From an uncultured delta proteobacterium (GTDB lineage Bacteria; Myxococcota; Myxococcia; Myxococcales; Anaeromyxobacteraceae), in assembly GCA_963814585.1 (NCBI GenBank), contig CAWFDF010000014.1, positions 256,001 to 320,000 of the forward strand: DNA of 64,000 bases, read 5' to 3'. Positions within the stretch are counted from its first letter, which is position 1. Each line of letters begins with the position of its first letter. Positions 37,675 to 47,476 of this stretch are shown here, piece by piece. The translations under genes and the position numbers were made by a program. The notes beneath the pieces were generated by a model. The model was given only the letters and a program-made list of their open reading frames with translations. It was not told the origin of the DNA and ran no database searches.

Positions 37675-38871
37675 ATGAGCACGAAGCGAAAGCGCATCGG
37701 CATCCTCACCGGCGGCGGCGACGTCCCCGGCCTCAACTCGGTGATCAAGAGCGTCGTCTACCGGGGCTGGGAGCACGGCCTCGCGGTCACCGGCATCCGC
37801 CGGGGGTTCGAGGGGCTCACCCACGTCGACCTGGACGAGCCCGTCAGCAAGGACCGCTACGTCGTCCCGCTCGACCGGGAGAACTGCCGCACCATCGACC
37901 GGTCCGGCGGCACCGTCCTCCACACCAGCCGCGTCGGCCCCTCCAGGGTGAGCAGGCTCCCGCCGCACCTGGTCAACGCCGGCCTCCCCTCCACGACCGG
38001 GCCGAACGGCCCGTCCTGGGACCTCACCCCCCAGGTGCTCAAGAACATCGAGCGGCTCGGCCTCGAGTACCTGGTCTGCATCGGCGGCGACGGCACGCTC
38101 CGCTCGGCGGCCCAGCTCGCCAAGGTCGGCGTGAAGGTGATCGGCATCCCCAAGACCATGGACAACGACGTGCAGGGGACCGAGTACTGCATCGGCTTCT
38201 CCACGGCCATCACCCGCGCCACCGACGCCATCGAGCGGCAGCGCACCACGGTCGGGTCGCACGAGCGGATCGGGATCTTCCGCGTCTTCGGCCGCGACGC
38301 CGGCTTCACCGCGCTCTACACCGGCCACGTCACCTCCAACCGCTGCGTCATCCCCGAGTTCAAGGTCGACGTCGAGAAGTTGATCAACCTGCTGGTGACC
38401 GAGAAGCGGGAGAACCCGAGCAACTACGCCATCGTGGTCCTCTCCGAGGGGGCGACCTGGCACGGCTACGAGGTGGTCGAGTACGGGGCGGCCGACGTCT
38501 ACGGGCGGCGGCGCAAGGCCAGCGTGGCCGAGGTGCTGGCCGAGGAGTTCCGCCTCCGCACCAGCGAGGAGACCATCGTCTCCGACCTGACCTACGACCT
38601 GCGCTCCGGCGAGCCGGACTTCATCGACAAGCTGGTGGCCTCGACCTACGGCACCCTGGCGCTGGACGCCATCCTGGAGGGGAAGAGCGGCGTCATGTCG
38701 GCGCTGGTGGAGGGGACCTACCAGCTGGTGCCCATCCCCGATCCGAGGCTGGGGGCGCGCAAGGTGGACGTGGCCTCGATGTACAACACCGAGCGCTACC
38801 GGCCGCTGTACGCCAACAAGCTCGGGCTGCCCATCTTCCTCAACCGGCTCCCCGGCTCGAGGCCGGCCTGA
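37675..38871 (+). CDS. pfkA: 6-phosphofructokinase (PfkA family)
   Basis: GILTGGGDVPGLN, GGTVLHTSR, IGGDGT, PKTMDND and FGRDAG. Confidence 0.9.
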   Translation: MSTKRKRIGILTGGGDVPGLNSVIKSVVYRGWEHGLAVTGIRRGFEGLTHVDLDEPVSKDRYVVPLDRENCRTIDRSGGTVLHTSRVGPSRVSRLPPHLVNAGLPSTTGPNGPSWDLTPQVLKNIERLGLEYLVCIGGDGTLRSAAQLAKVGVKVIGIPKTMDNDVQGTEYCIGFSTAITRATDAIERQRTTVGSHERIGIFRVFGRDAGFTALYTGHVTSNRCVIPEFKVDVEKLINLLVTEKRENPSNYAIVVLSEGATWHGYEVVEYGAADVYGRRRKASVAEVLAEEFRLRTSEETIVSDLTYDLRSGEPDFIDKLVASTYGTLALDAILEGKSGVMSALVEGTYQLVPIPDPRLGARKVDVASMYNTERYRPLYANKLGLPIFLNRLPGSRPA

Positions 38872-38952
38872 CGGCGAGGGCTCGCCGGCCGGATCGGGCC
38901 GGGCCGAGCCGCCCTGGCGAGCGGCCCGACCCGACTCCAGGGCGCCTCACGG

Positions 38953-40086
38953 CTACTTGCTGCTCGGCTTGCCCTCGACGCCCTTGACGTAGAAGTCGAC
39001 GGCGCCGAGCCAGCGGTCGTCGGCCGCCACGTCCTTGGCGAGCCGCACCTTGCCGGTGTTGTCGGTGACCGGCCCCTTGAAGATGTCGAGCGTGCCGGCC
39101 TTCAGGCCGGCCTTGGCCTCCTCGACCTTCTTCCTGGCGTCGGCCGGGACGAAGTCGGGGATCTTGATGAAGTCGGTCATCCCCTCCCGGTAACCCCACT
39201 TGGTCTCGCCGGTCTTCCAGCTCTTGGCGAGCACGTCGTTGAGTGCCTTCTCGTAGTAGACGCCCCACAGCAGCATGCAGGAGCCGAGGTGGGCCTTGGG
39301 CGCGAAGGCGCTCATGTCGCTGTCCCAGCCGAAGGCGTACTTGCCTGCCTTCTCGGCCGCCTGCAGCACCGCGGTGGAGTCGGTGTTCTGCAGCAGCACG
39401 TCGGCGCCCTTGTTGAGCAGCGTCTGGGCCGCCTCGGTCTCCTTGGGCGGGTCGAACCAGCTGCCGACCCAGACCACCTTGGTCTTGACCTTGGGGTTCA
39501 CGCTCTGCGCGCCCAGGGTGAAGGCGTTGATGTTGCGCAGGACCTCGGGGATGGGGAACGACGCCACGAAGCCGAGGGTGTTCGACCTGGTCATCCGGCC
39601 GGCCACGATGCCCGCCAGGTAGGCCCCCTCGTGGATGCGTGGCTCGTAGACGCGCATGTTGGCGCTGGTCTTGAAGCCGGTGGCGTGCTCGAAGAGGACG
39701 TCGGGGAAGTCCTTGGCCACCTTGGCCATGGAGTCGCCGAAGCCGAACGAGGTGGCGAAGATCACCTTGTTGCCCTGGGTGGCGAGGTCGCGGATGACGC
39801 GCTCGGCGTCGGGGCCTTCCTTGACGCTCTCCACGAAGGTGGTGGCCACCTTGTCGCCCAGCTTGGCGGCGGCCTCCTTGCGACCCAGGTCATGGGCGTA
39901 GGTGTAGCCGGCGTCGCCGACCGGGCCGACGTAGACGAACGCGGCCTTGAGCGGCGCGGGCCTGGCCGGGGCCGGGGCCGCGACGGGGGCCGGAGCGGGT
40001 TCGGTCTTCTTGCCACAGGCGGTGAGCCCGGCGGCCGCGACGGCGGCGGCCAGCGCGAGGTGCTTCAGTGGGGGACGATTCGTCAT
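38953..40086 (-). CDS. BMP-family ABC substrate-binding lipoprotein (purine/nucleoside)
   Basis: Lipobox LTAC, FVYVGPVGDAGY, IFATSFG and WFDPPKE. Confidence 0.92.
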   Translation of the reverse strand: MTNRPPLKHLALAAAVAAAGLTACGKKTEPAPAPVAAPAPARPAPLKAAFVYVGPVGDAGYTYAHDLGRKEAAAKLGDKVATTFVESVKEGPDAERVIRDLATQGNKVIFATSFGFGDSMAKVAKDFPDVLFEHATGFKTSANMRVYEPRIHEGAYLAGIVAGRMTRSNTLGFVASFPIPEVLRNINAFTLGAQSVNPKVKTKVVWVGSWFDPPKETEAAQTLLNKGADVLLQNTDSTAVLQAAEKAGKYAFGWDSDMSAFAPKAHLGSCMLLWGVYYEKALNDVLAKSWKTGETKWGYREGMTDFIKIPDFVPADARKKVEEAKAGLKAGTLDIFKGPVTDNTGKVRLAKDVAADDRWLGAVDFYVKGVEGKPSSK

Positions 40087-40148
40087 GGCTGCGGTGCTCC
40101 TTGTGGGTGCGTGGAAGACGACCGGTGGCGAGACCTCTACCCCGATCC

Positions 40149-41069
40149 TCAGCTTCCGGGGAAGAAGGTCTTGCCGAGCGAGGCCGGCATGTTGAGCCGG
40201 ATCCAGACCGGGTTGCGGGAGATGAGGACCAGGACGACCACGGTGGCGAGGTAGGGCAGCATGCTCATGAACTGCGCGGCCACCTGGACCCCGGAGGCCT
40301 GGAGGTGGAGCTGGAGCATGGTGACGCCGCCGAACAGGTAGGCGCCGAGCAACAGCCGGCCTGGGCGCCAGGTGGCGAAGGTGGTGAGCGCCAGCGCGAT
40401 CCAGCCGCGCCCCGCCACCATCCCCTCCACCCAGAGCGGCGTGTAGACCACCGAGAGGTAGGTGCCGGCCACGCCGCAGAGCGCCCCGCCCGCCACCACC
40501 GCCGCCAGGCGGATGCGCCGCACCGGGTAGCCGAGGGCGTGGGCCGAGGTCGGCGACTCGCCGATGGAGCGGAGGATGAGCCCGCCCCGGGTCCGGTAGA
40601 GGAACCAGGCCACGCCGGCGGTGAGCGCCATGGCGAGGTAGACCACCGGGTGCTGCCGGAACAGGGCCGGTCCCAGCAGCGGCAGATCGCGCAGCAGCGG
40701 TACGCCGGCGATCTCGGACTCCTCGAGCTTCTTCCCCACGTACTCCAGCCCCACGAACGCCGAGAAGCCCGAGCCGAAGAGGCTGACCGCCAGCCCGGTG
40801 GCGTACTGGTTGGTGTTGAGCCAGATGACCAGCCAGCCGTAGAGCGCCGCCACCAGCGCCCCGGCCGCCGCGCCGGCGCCGAGCGCCGCCACCTCGCTCC
40901 CGGTCGAGAGACCGGTGGCGAACCCGGCCACCGCGGCCACCAGCATCAGCCCCTCGGCGCCGAGGTTGAGGACGCCGGCCCGCTCGTTGATGAGCAGGCC
41001 GATGCCGGCGATGGCCAGCGGCGTGCCGGCGGAGAGGGTGGCGGCGACCAGGAGCGCCAGCTCGTTCAT
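40149..41069 (-). CDS. Nucleoside ABC transporter permease
   Basis: ERAGVLNLGAEG and AGRGWIALA. Confidence 0.92.
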   Translation of the reverse strand: MNELALLVAATLSAGTPLAIAGIGLLINERAGVLNLGAEGLMLVAAVAGFATGLSTGSEVAALGAGAAAGALVAALYGWLVIWLNTNQYATGLAVSLFGSGFSAFVGLEYVGKKLEESEIAGVPLLRDLPLLGPALFRQHPVVYLAMALTAGVAWFLYRTRGGLILRSIGESPTSAHALGYPVRRIRLAAVVAGGALCGVAGTYLSVVYTPLWVEGMVAGRGWIALALTTFATWRPGRLLLGAYLFGGVTMLQLHLQASGVQVAAQFMSMLPYLATVVVLVLISRNPVWIRLNMPASLGKTFFPGS

Positions 41070-42139
41070 GGCGTGCCGCTCCGGCGCAGCCGGTAGTGGA
41101 TGAGCGTGTCGCAGGCCAGCAGCGAGAGCAGCAGCACGCCCTGGAAGACCCCGGCCAGCGCCGCGGGCAGGCCGACCCGCGACTGGGCCAGCTCGCCGCC
41201 GATGAGGAACATGGAGAGCACCACGCTGCCGAGGACGCAGCCGAGCGGGTGAAGCCGGCCCACGAAGGCCACGATGATGGCGGTGAAGCCGTAGCCGGAC
41301 GAGACGTGCGGCGTCAGCTGGCCCATGGGGCCGGCCACCTCGAAGGCGCCGGCCACCCCGGACAGCCCCCCGGAGATGAGCAGCGTGGTCCAGATGGCGG
41401 CGCGCGAGGAGAAGCCGGCGTAGCGGGCGGCCGCCGGGGCCGGGCCACCCACCTGCAGCTGGATGCCCGTGAAGGTCCGGAACAGGAAGAGGTACAGCGC
41501 CACCGCCGCGACCAGGGCCACCGCCGAGCCCCAGTGGAGGCGCATCCCCTGGATGACCCGCGGGATCTCGGTCTGGCCTGCGAAGCTGACCGTCTGGGGG
41601 AAGTTGAAGCCCTGGGGGTCCTTCCAGGGTCCGAAGACCAGCCAGGAGAGGAAGAGGTTGGCCACGTAGACCAGCATCAGGCTCACCAGGATCTCGTTGG
41701 CGTTGAAGCGGTCTCGCAGCAGCGCCACCACCCCGGCCCAGGCCGCGCCGGCCAGCGCGCCGGCCACGATCACCAGCGGGAAGAAGATCCAGCGGCTCAT
41801 CCCCAGCTCGGCGGTGGTCACCCACAGCGCCAGCCCCCCGCCGCCGATGGCGCCCATGAGGAACTGCCCCTCGGCGCCGATGTTCCAGACGTTGGAGCGG
41901 TAGCAGAGGGCCAGGCCGAGGGCGATGAGGACCAGCGGCGTGGACTTGAGCGCCAGCTCGGAGATGGCCCGCAGGCCGTTGAAGGGCTCCAGGAAGAAGA
42001 CCGAGAGCGCCTGCACCGCGTCCTTGCCGAGGGCGGCGAAGAGGCCCGCGCCGACCACGGCGGTGATGGCGAAGGCGATCACCGGCGAGAGCACGCTCAT
42101 GGCCGCGGAGGGCGTGGCCCTGGGCTCGAGCCGGATCAC
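41066..42139 (-). CDS. Nucleoside ABC transporter permease
   Basis: WNIGAEGQ, NEILVSLML and GYGFTAIIVAFVGRL. Confidence 0.92.
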   Translation of the reverse strand: MIRLEPRATPSAAMSVLSPVIAFAITAVVGAGLFAALGKDAVQALSVFFLEPFNGLRAISELALKSTPLVLIALGLALCYRSNVWNIGAEGQFLMGAIGGGGLALWVTTAELGMSRWIFFPLVIVAGALAGAAWAGVVALLRDRFNANEILVSLMLVYVANLFLSWLVFGPWKDPQGFNFPQTVSFAGQTEIPRVIQGMRLHWGSAVALVAAVALYLFLFRTFTGIQLQVGGPAPAAARYAGFSSRAAIWTTLLISGGLSGVAGAFEVAGPMGQLTPHVSSGYGFTAIIVAFVGRLHPLGCVLGSVVLSMFLIGGELAQSRVGLPAALAGVFQGVLLLSLLACDTLIHYRLRRSGTP

Positions 42140-43677
42140 GGGAACTCCCCGATGGTCGCGCCCGCGCCGTCCTCGGGGCCGGCCGGCCAGAGCCCGCTCA
42201 TCCACTCGCCGACCAGCTCGACGGTGGCGGCGCTGGTCCCGATGGAAGGCGAGAGCCGGCCCCTCGCCATCACGTGCAGCCGGTCGGTCATCTCGAACAG
42301 CTCCTCCAGCTCCTCGGACACCACCAGCAGCGCGGTCCCGGCGTCGCGCAGGGCCAGCAGCTCGGACCGGATCTGGGCGGCGGCGCCGACGTCGACGCCC
42401 CAGGTCGGCTGCGCCACCACCAGCACCCTGGGCACGGCGTCGATCTCGCGCCCCACGATGTACTTCTGCAGGTTGCCGCCCGAGAGGCTGCGCGCCACCG
42501 CCCCCGGCCCGCCCGACTTCACCTTGAAGCGCTGGATGATCGAGGCGGTCTGGTACCTGAGCGCCTGCCGGTCGATCCAGCCGAGCGCGCGCAGCGACTC
42601 GTTGCGCGTCAGCAGCATGTTGTGGGCGAGCGAGAGCGAGGGCACGGCGCCTCGCCCCAGCCGCTCCTCGGGGATGAAGTGGAGCCCGAGCCGTCGCCGC
42701 GCCCCGGCCCGCATCCGGCCGATGGGCTGGCCGAAGAGCTCGATGGCGCCGTCCGCGGCGCGCGGGTCCTCACCGGAGATGGCGGCCAGCAGCTGCTGCT
42801 GCCCGTTGCCGGAGACGCCGGCGATCCCCACCACCTCGCCCTCGCGCAGCTCCAGGGAGATCTCGTGCAGGTCGGTGCCGAACCGGTCGAGCTTCTCCAG
42901 CGAGAGCGCGTTCACCCGCAGCGCCACCTGCCCCGGCCTGGCCTCCCGCCGGACCAGCCGCGGCGGCTCGGCGCCGATCATGAGCCGCGAGAGGCTGGCG
43001 TTGCTCTCCACGGTGGGGTCGCAGGTGCCGGTGACCCGGCCGCCGCGCAGCACCGTGCACTGGTGGCAGAGGGCGCGGATCTCGTCGAGCTTGTGGCTGA
43101 TGTAGAGGATCGAGCAGCCGGTGGCGGCCACCTGCCGCAGCGTGACGAAGAGCTTCTCCACCGCCTGGGGCGTCAGCACCGAGGTGGGCTCGTCGAGGAT
43201 GAGCAGGCGCGGCTCGGCCAGCAGCGCCCGGACGATCTCGACGCGCTGCCGCTCCCCGACCGAGAGGGTGTGGACCACCCGCTCCGGCTCCAGCTCCAGG
43301 CCGTACTCGGCCGCCTTGGCCCGGATCCCGGCCACCACCCGCGCCAGCGAGAGGGCGCTGCCCATTCCCAGCCAGACGTTCTCGGCCACGGTGAGCGTGT
43401 CGAAGAGCGAGAAGTGCTGGAACACCATGGCGATGCCCAGCGCCCGCGCCTCCTGCGGGCTGCGGATCTGCGCCGGCCGTCCGTCCCAGAGGATGTGGCC
43501 GGAGTCGGGGCGGAGCGCGCCATAGATGATCTTCATCAGCGTCGACTTGCCGGCGCCGTTCTCCCCGAGGATGGAGTGGATCTCGCCTGGCTGCACCTGC
43601 AGCGAGACCTCGTCGTTGGCCACCACCGAGGCGAAGCGCTTGCTGATCCGATCGAGCTGGAGCCTGGGGACGTTCAC
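42136..43677 (-). CDS. ABC transporter ATP-binding protein (two NBDs)
   Basis: GENGAGKST, LILDEPT, LSGGNLQK and QPTWGVD. Confidence 0.93.
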   Translation of the reverse strand: MNVPRLQLDRISKRFASVVANDEVSLQVQPGEIHSILGENGAGKSTLMKIIYGALRPDSGHILWDGRPAQIRSPQEARALGIAMVFQHFSLFDTLTVAENVWLGMGSALSLARVVAGIRAKAAEYGLELEPERVVHTLSVGERQRVEIVRALLAEPRLLILDEPTSVLTPQAVEKLFVTLRQVAATGCSILYISHKLDEIRALCHQCTVLRGGRVTGTCDPTVESNASLSRLMIGAEPPRLVRREARPGQVALRVNALSLEKLDRFGTDLHEISLELREGEVVGIAGVSGNGQQQLLAAISGEDPRAADGAIELFGQPIGRMRAGARRRLGLHFIPEERLGRGAVPSLSLAHNMLLTRNESLRALGWIDRQALRYQTASIIQRFKVKSGGPGAVARSLSGGNLQKYIVGREIDAVPRVLVVAQPTWGVDVGAAAQIRSELLALRDAGTALLVVSEELEELFEMTDRLHVMARGRLSPSIGTSAATVELVGEWMSGLWPAGPEDGAGATIGEFP

Positions 43678-43697
43678 GCGCGGGGCGACGGGTCCGG

Positions 43698-44240
43698 CTA
43701 GGGTTCGCCGCGCTGCTGGCGAATGGGGGAGACGAAGGTGTAGTCGATGTCCCAGGGGAAGTAGATCCACTTCTCCTGCCGGAACTCCTTGACGAAGGTG
43801 TCGACCAGCGGACGCCCGGCTGGCTTGGCGTAGAGCGTGGCGAAGTGGGCCCGGGGGAGCCGCTCGCGGACGGCGCGAGCGGTGCGGCCGGTGTCGACGA
43901 GGTCGTCGATGAGCAGCCAGCCGGCGCCGTCCCCCTCGACCCCCTTCAGCCAGCGCAGCTCGCCCTGAGCCTTGTCGGCCGAGCCGGCCGCGCCCGCCTC
44001 GTAGCTGACGACGCAGACCGTGTCGATGAGCCGCAGCTCGAGCTCGCGCGCCACCAGCGCCGCCGGCACCAGGCCCCCACGGGTGATGGCGATGATCCCC
44101 TTCCAGTCCCCGAGCGCGTGGAGCACCCGGGAGAGGTAGCGGGCGTCCCGGTGCAGCTCGGGCCAGGAGATGACGATCTCGTCGCGGTACGGGGAAACCG
44201 GGGCGGGGCCGCCGGGGGGAGCCACGGGCTGGTTCGGCAT
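43698..44240 (-). CDS. gpt: Xanthine phosphoribosyltransferase
   Basis: WKGIIAITRGGLVP, LLIDDLVDTGRT and WIYFPWD. Confidence 0.92.
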   Translation of the reverse strand: MPNQPVAPPGGPAPVSPYRDEIVISWPELHRDARYLSRVLHALGDWKGIIAITRGGLVPAALVARELELRLIDTVCVVSYEAGAAGSADKAQGELRWLKGVEGDGAGWLLIDDLVDTGRTARAVRERLPRAHFATLYAKPAGRPLVDTFVKEFRQEKWIYFPWDIDYTFVSPIRQQRGEP

Positions 44241-44303
44241 GGAGGGCTAGACTAGGCGTTCCCTGGTCGCGCCGCGACCAGATCTTGGGACCGCGGACGA
44301 GAA

Positions 44304-44329
44304 CGCCCCCGTGGAATCCCACGGGGGCG
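44304..44329 (-). terminator. Stem-loop after the tandem paralogues
   Basis: cgcccccgtgg-N4-ccacgggggcg, an 11-bp stem with a short TTCT tail on the minus strand. Confidence 0.5.
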
Positions 44330-44354
44330 CTCGAGCTGCGGCCGGCTCGACGGG

Positions 44355-44762
44355 CTAGCCCTTGCGCTTCTCGGCCACTTCCTTCTCGAGCCTCTCGATC
44401 TCGGGCGTGACCGCCTCGTTCTTCTCCTCCCCCTCGCGGCCGCCCAGGTAGGCGGCGCCGGTGGCGTGCGGAGGCGCGACGGTGGCGGCGAAGGCGCCGG
44501 CCCGCTCGTGGAGGCGGCTGGTGACGGCCTTGGCCATGGCCAGGCCGAGCAGGGCGAAGCCGATGAAGGGGAGGAACATCAGGAAGGCCAGCCCGACCAC
44601 GGGAATCACCACGAAGAGGAGCGGGAACGGGACGGCGAAGTACCGGGTGGTGGAGGCGCCGGGCAGCGTGCCGCCGTCCTCGCCGACCACCTCGACCGCC
44701 AGGGTGCTCATCGAGAAGTAGTAGCCGCTCTTCACCTTCGAGTTGCCGTTGTAGGAAGTCAT
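44355..44762 (-). CDS. Hypothetical membrane protein (paralogue 2)
   Basis: 135 aa with a central hydrophobic segment; near-copy of 44829-45236. Confidence 0.85.
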   Translation of the reverse strand: MTSYNGNSKVKSGYYFSMSTLAVEVVGEDGGTLPGASTTRYFAVPFPLLFVVIPVVGLAFLMFLPFIGFALLGLAMAKAVTSRLHERAGAFAATVAPPHATGAAYLGGREGEEKNEAVTPEIERLEKEVAEKRKG

Positions 44763-44828
44763 GGTGTTCTCCAGTGGTGTTCCGTGGGGGGTGGGGTCGG
44801 TGGCCGCGACGACGTCGTGGCCGTGCTG

Positions 44829-45236
44829 CTAGCTCTTGCGCTTCTCGGCGACTTCCTTCTCCAGCTTCTCGACCTCGGGCGAGACCGCCTCGTTCTTCTT
44901 CTCCCCCTCGTGCCCGCCCAGGTAGGCGGCGCCGGTGGCGTGCGGCGGGGCGACCGTGGCGGCCAGCGCGTCGGCCCCCTTGGAGACGTGGCCGGTGAGG
45001 CGGCGGACGATGGCGTAGCCGAGGAGGGCGAAGCCGATGAGGGGGAGGAAGATCAGGAAGGCCAGCCCGACCACCGGGATGACCACGAAGAGCAGCGGGA
45101 ACGGGACGCTGACGTAGCGGGTGGTCGCCGAGCCCGGCAGCGTGCCGCCGCCCTCCCCGATGACCTCGACCGCGAACGAGTTGGTCGAGAGATAGTAGCC
45201 GCTCTTCACCTTCGAATTGCCGTGGTAGGAGGTCAT
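44829..45236 (-). CDS. Hypothetical membrane protein (paralogue 1)
   Basis: 135 aa with an AGGGG RBS; aligns without gaps to the downstream copy. Confidence 0.85.
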   Translation of the reverse strand: MTSYHGNSKVKSGYYLSTNSFAVEVIGEGGGTLPGSATTRYVSVPFPLLFVVIPVVGLAFLIFLPLIGFALLGYAIVRRLTGHVSKGADALAATVAPPHATGAAYLGGHEGEKKNEAVSPEVEKLEKEVAEKRKS

Positions 45237-45437
45237 GGTGTTGTTCCCCTTTCGTGATCAGACATTGCTCCCTGGCGGCGTGGTTCGCCATTGGGCGGGT
45301 GCCCGGGTCGGGCGCCTTTGATTCCGGATGTGGGCGTCGGGCAGACACCCGACCCCGGATGGGGTGGATTCGCTTGACCGCGGCCCGGCGACCGCGTCCA
45401 CTGGCCGGCGTGCAGGGCCCAAGGTCGCGGAGGCACG

Positions 45438-47057
45438 ATGGATTCCGAGCTCGACTACGACTACCTGGTCATCGGCTCCGGCTTCGGGGGAGCCGTCTCG
45501 GCGCTCCGCCTGAGCGAGAAGGGCCATCGCGTCGGGGTCCTGGAGATGGGGAAGCGGTGGCGTGCCCAGGACTTCGCCCGCACCAACTGGAACGTCCGCA
45601 AGTACCTCTGGCTCCCGAAGCTGGCGCTCTACGGGATCCAGCAGATCACCCTCCTGCGCGACGTGCTCATCTTCCACGGCGCCGGCGTCGGCGGTGGCAG
45701 CCTGGTCTACGCCAACACGCTGCTGGCCCCGCCCGACCGCGTCTTCGACGACGCCCGCTGGCCGTCCGGGATCGACTGGAGGTCGACGCTGGCGCCGCAC
45801 TACCGGACGGCGCGCTTCATGCTCGGGGCCACCGAGGCGCCGCGGGTCTTCGCCGCCGACGAGCTGCTGCGCCAGGTGGTCGAGGAGACCACCGGCCGCG
45901 GCCACACCTTCTCCAGGTACACGGTGGGCGTCTACTTCGGCCAGCCCGGGCAGGAGGCGCCCGACCCGTTCTTCGGCGGCGAGGGGCCGGCCCGCACCGG
46001 CTGCCACCACTGTGGCGAGTGCATGACCGGCTGCCGCCACGGCGCCAAGAACACGCTCGACAGGAACTACCTCTGGCTGGCCGAGCGGCGCGGCGCCGTG
46101 ATCCACGCCGAGACCCTGGTGGAGGACCTGCGGCCAAGGGCCGGGGGCGGCTACGAGCTCCGCACCGTCCGCTCCACCGACCGGCTCCTCAAGCGGCGCC
46201 GCACCTTCACGGCACGAAACGTGGTGGTGGCCGGGAGCGTGCTGGGGACGGTGAAGCTGCTGCTCGACTGCCAGCGACGCGGCAGCCTTCCGGACCTCTC
46301 GCCCCAGCTCGGCAACTACGTCCGCACCAACAGCGAGGCGCTGCTGGGGGCCAAGGCCAGGAGGAGCGACGTGGCCTACAGCGAGGGGATCGCCATCACC
46401 TCCGGCATCCACCCCGACGGCGACACCCACGTGGAGGTGGTCCGCTACGGGGCCGGGCAGGACTTCATGTCCCTGCTCACCACCGTGCTGACCGGCGGTG
46501 GCAGGCCCTGGCCGCGCTGGCTCCGCTGGCTCGGCAACATGCTGCGCCATCCCGTCCAGGCGCTCCGCGCCCACTCCCCCTTCGACTGGGCGCGCCGCAG
46601 CGCCATCCTGCTGGTGATGCAGCCGCTCGACAACTTCATGCGGCTGACGCTGCGGCGGCGGCCGTGGGGCTGGGGGCTCTCCAGCCAGCTGCAGGGAGGC
46701 CCGCGGCCGCCCACCTACCTGCCGCTGGCCAACCTGCTGGCCGCCCGGCTGGCCGAGAAGATGGACGGCACGGCCCAGAGCATCCTGCCGGAGGTGCTCC
46801 TCGACACCTCGACGACGGCCCACATCCTCGGCGGCGCCACCATGGGGCGCTCCCCGGAGGAGGGCGTGTGCGACGCGCAGGGGCGCGTCTTCGGGTACCC
46901 CGGGCTCTTCATCGCCGACGGCAGCCTGGTCCCGGCCAACCTGGGCGTGAACCCATCGCTCACCATCACCGCGCTGGCGGAGCACGTCATGGCCGCCATC
47001 CCGGCCAACCCCGCCGGGCCGGGGATCCCGGCCCCGCGTCCGCCCCCCGGTGCATGA
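45438..47057 (+). CDS. GMC oxidoreductase (cholesterol oxidase ChoD-like)
   Basis: IGSGFGG, GVGGGSLVY, CGECMTGC..GAKNTLDRNYL, AHILGG and GVNPSLTI. Confidence 0.9.
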   Translation: MDSELDYDYLVIGSGFGGAVSALRLSEKGHRVGVLEMGKRWRAQDFARTNWNVRKYLWLPKLALYGIQQITLLRDVLIFHGAGVGGGSLVYANTLLAPPDRVFDDARWPSGIDWRSTLAPHYRTARFMLGATEAPRVFAADELLRQVVEETTGRGHTFSRYTVGVYFGQPGQEAPDPFFGGEGPARTGCHHCGECMTGCRHGAKNTLDRNYLWLAERRGAVIHAETLVEDLRPRAGGGYELRTVRSTDRLLKRRRTFTARNVVVAGSVLGTVKLLLDCQRRGSLPDLSPQLGNYVRTNSEALLGAKARRSDVAYSEGIAITSGIHPDGDTHVEVVRYGAGQDFMSLLTTVLTGGGRPWPRWLRWLGNMLRHPVQALRAHSPFDWARRSAILLVMQPLDNFMRLTLRRRPWGWGLSSQLQGGPRPPTYLPLANLLAARLAEKMDGTAQSILPEVLLDTSTTAHILGGATMGRSPEEGVCDAQGRVFGYPGLFIADGSLVPANLGVNPSLTITALAEHVMAAIPANPAGPGIPAPRPPPGA

Positions 47058-47089
47058 CCGCGCCCCGCCACCGCGCTACGCTGGCACTC

Positions 47090-47476
47090 ATGGTTCGCCT
47101 CCGCCACGCCCCGCTGGTGCTGCTCGCGCTCGCCGCCTGCAAGACCTCGGCGCCGCACGGCATGGAGGCGGCCGTCATCAACACCGCCCTGGCCGCGGCG
47201 GTGGCCGGGGTCTCCGTCGCCCACGGCGGCTGCGTGGCCATGTGCACGCAGGGCTGGACCTGCAACCCGAAGACCGGCCTCTGCGAGCCGCAGCCGGAGT
47301 TCAGATGCGTCGGGGGCAACCTGAACAGCGGGCTCTGCTCCAATCGCCCCGAGGACCTGTCCGCCGCGCGGGCCGGCTCCTCCGCCTCCGGCTCCCTGCC
47401 GGCCACCCTCGGCATCTCGCCCGCCACCGGCAGCGTGCCACCGCCGCCCGCCGAGGCGTCGCCGCGACCGCCCTGA
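47090..47476 (+). CDS. Cys-rich hypothetical lipoprotein
   Basis: Lipobox LAAC followed by CVAMC..GWTCNPKTGLCE..C..C. Confidence 0.65.
   Translation: MVRLRHAPLVLLALAACKTSAPHGMEAAVINTALAAAVAGVSVAHGGCVAMCTQGWTCNPKTGLCEPQPEFRCVGGNLNSGLCSNRPEDLSAARAGSSASGSLPATLGISPATGSVPPPPAEASPRPP

Noticed and set aside
45237..45437. Sigma54 promoter or riboswitch upstream of the tandem paralogues
   Set aside because: I found only a short hairpin (gtcggg/cccgac) and a repeated ccggatg, with no correctly spaced -24/-12 element or recognisable aptamer.
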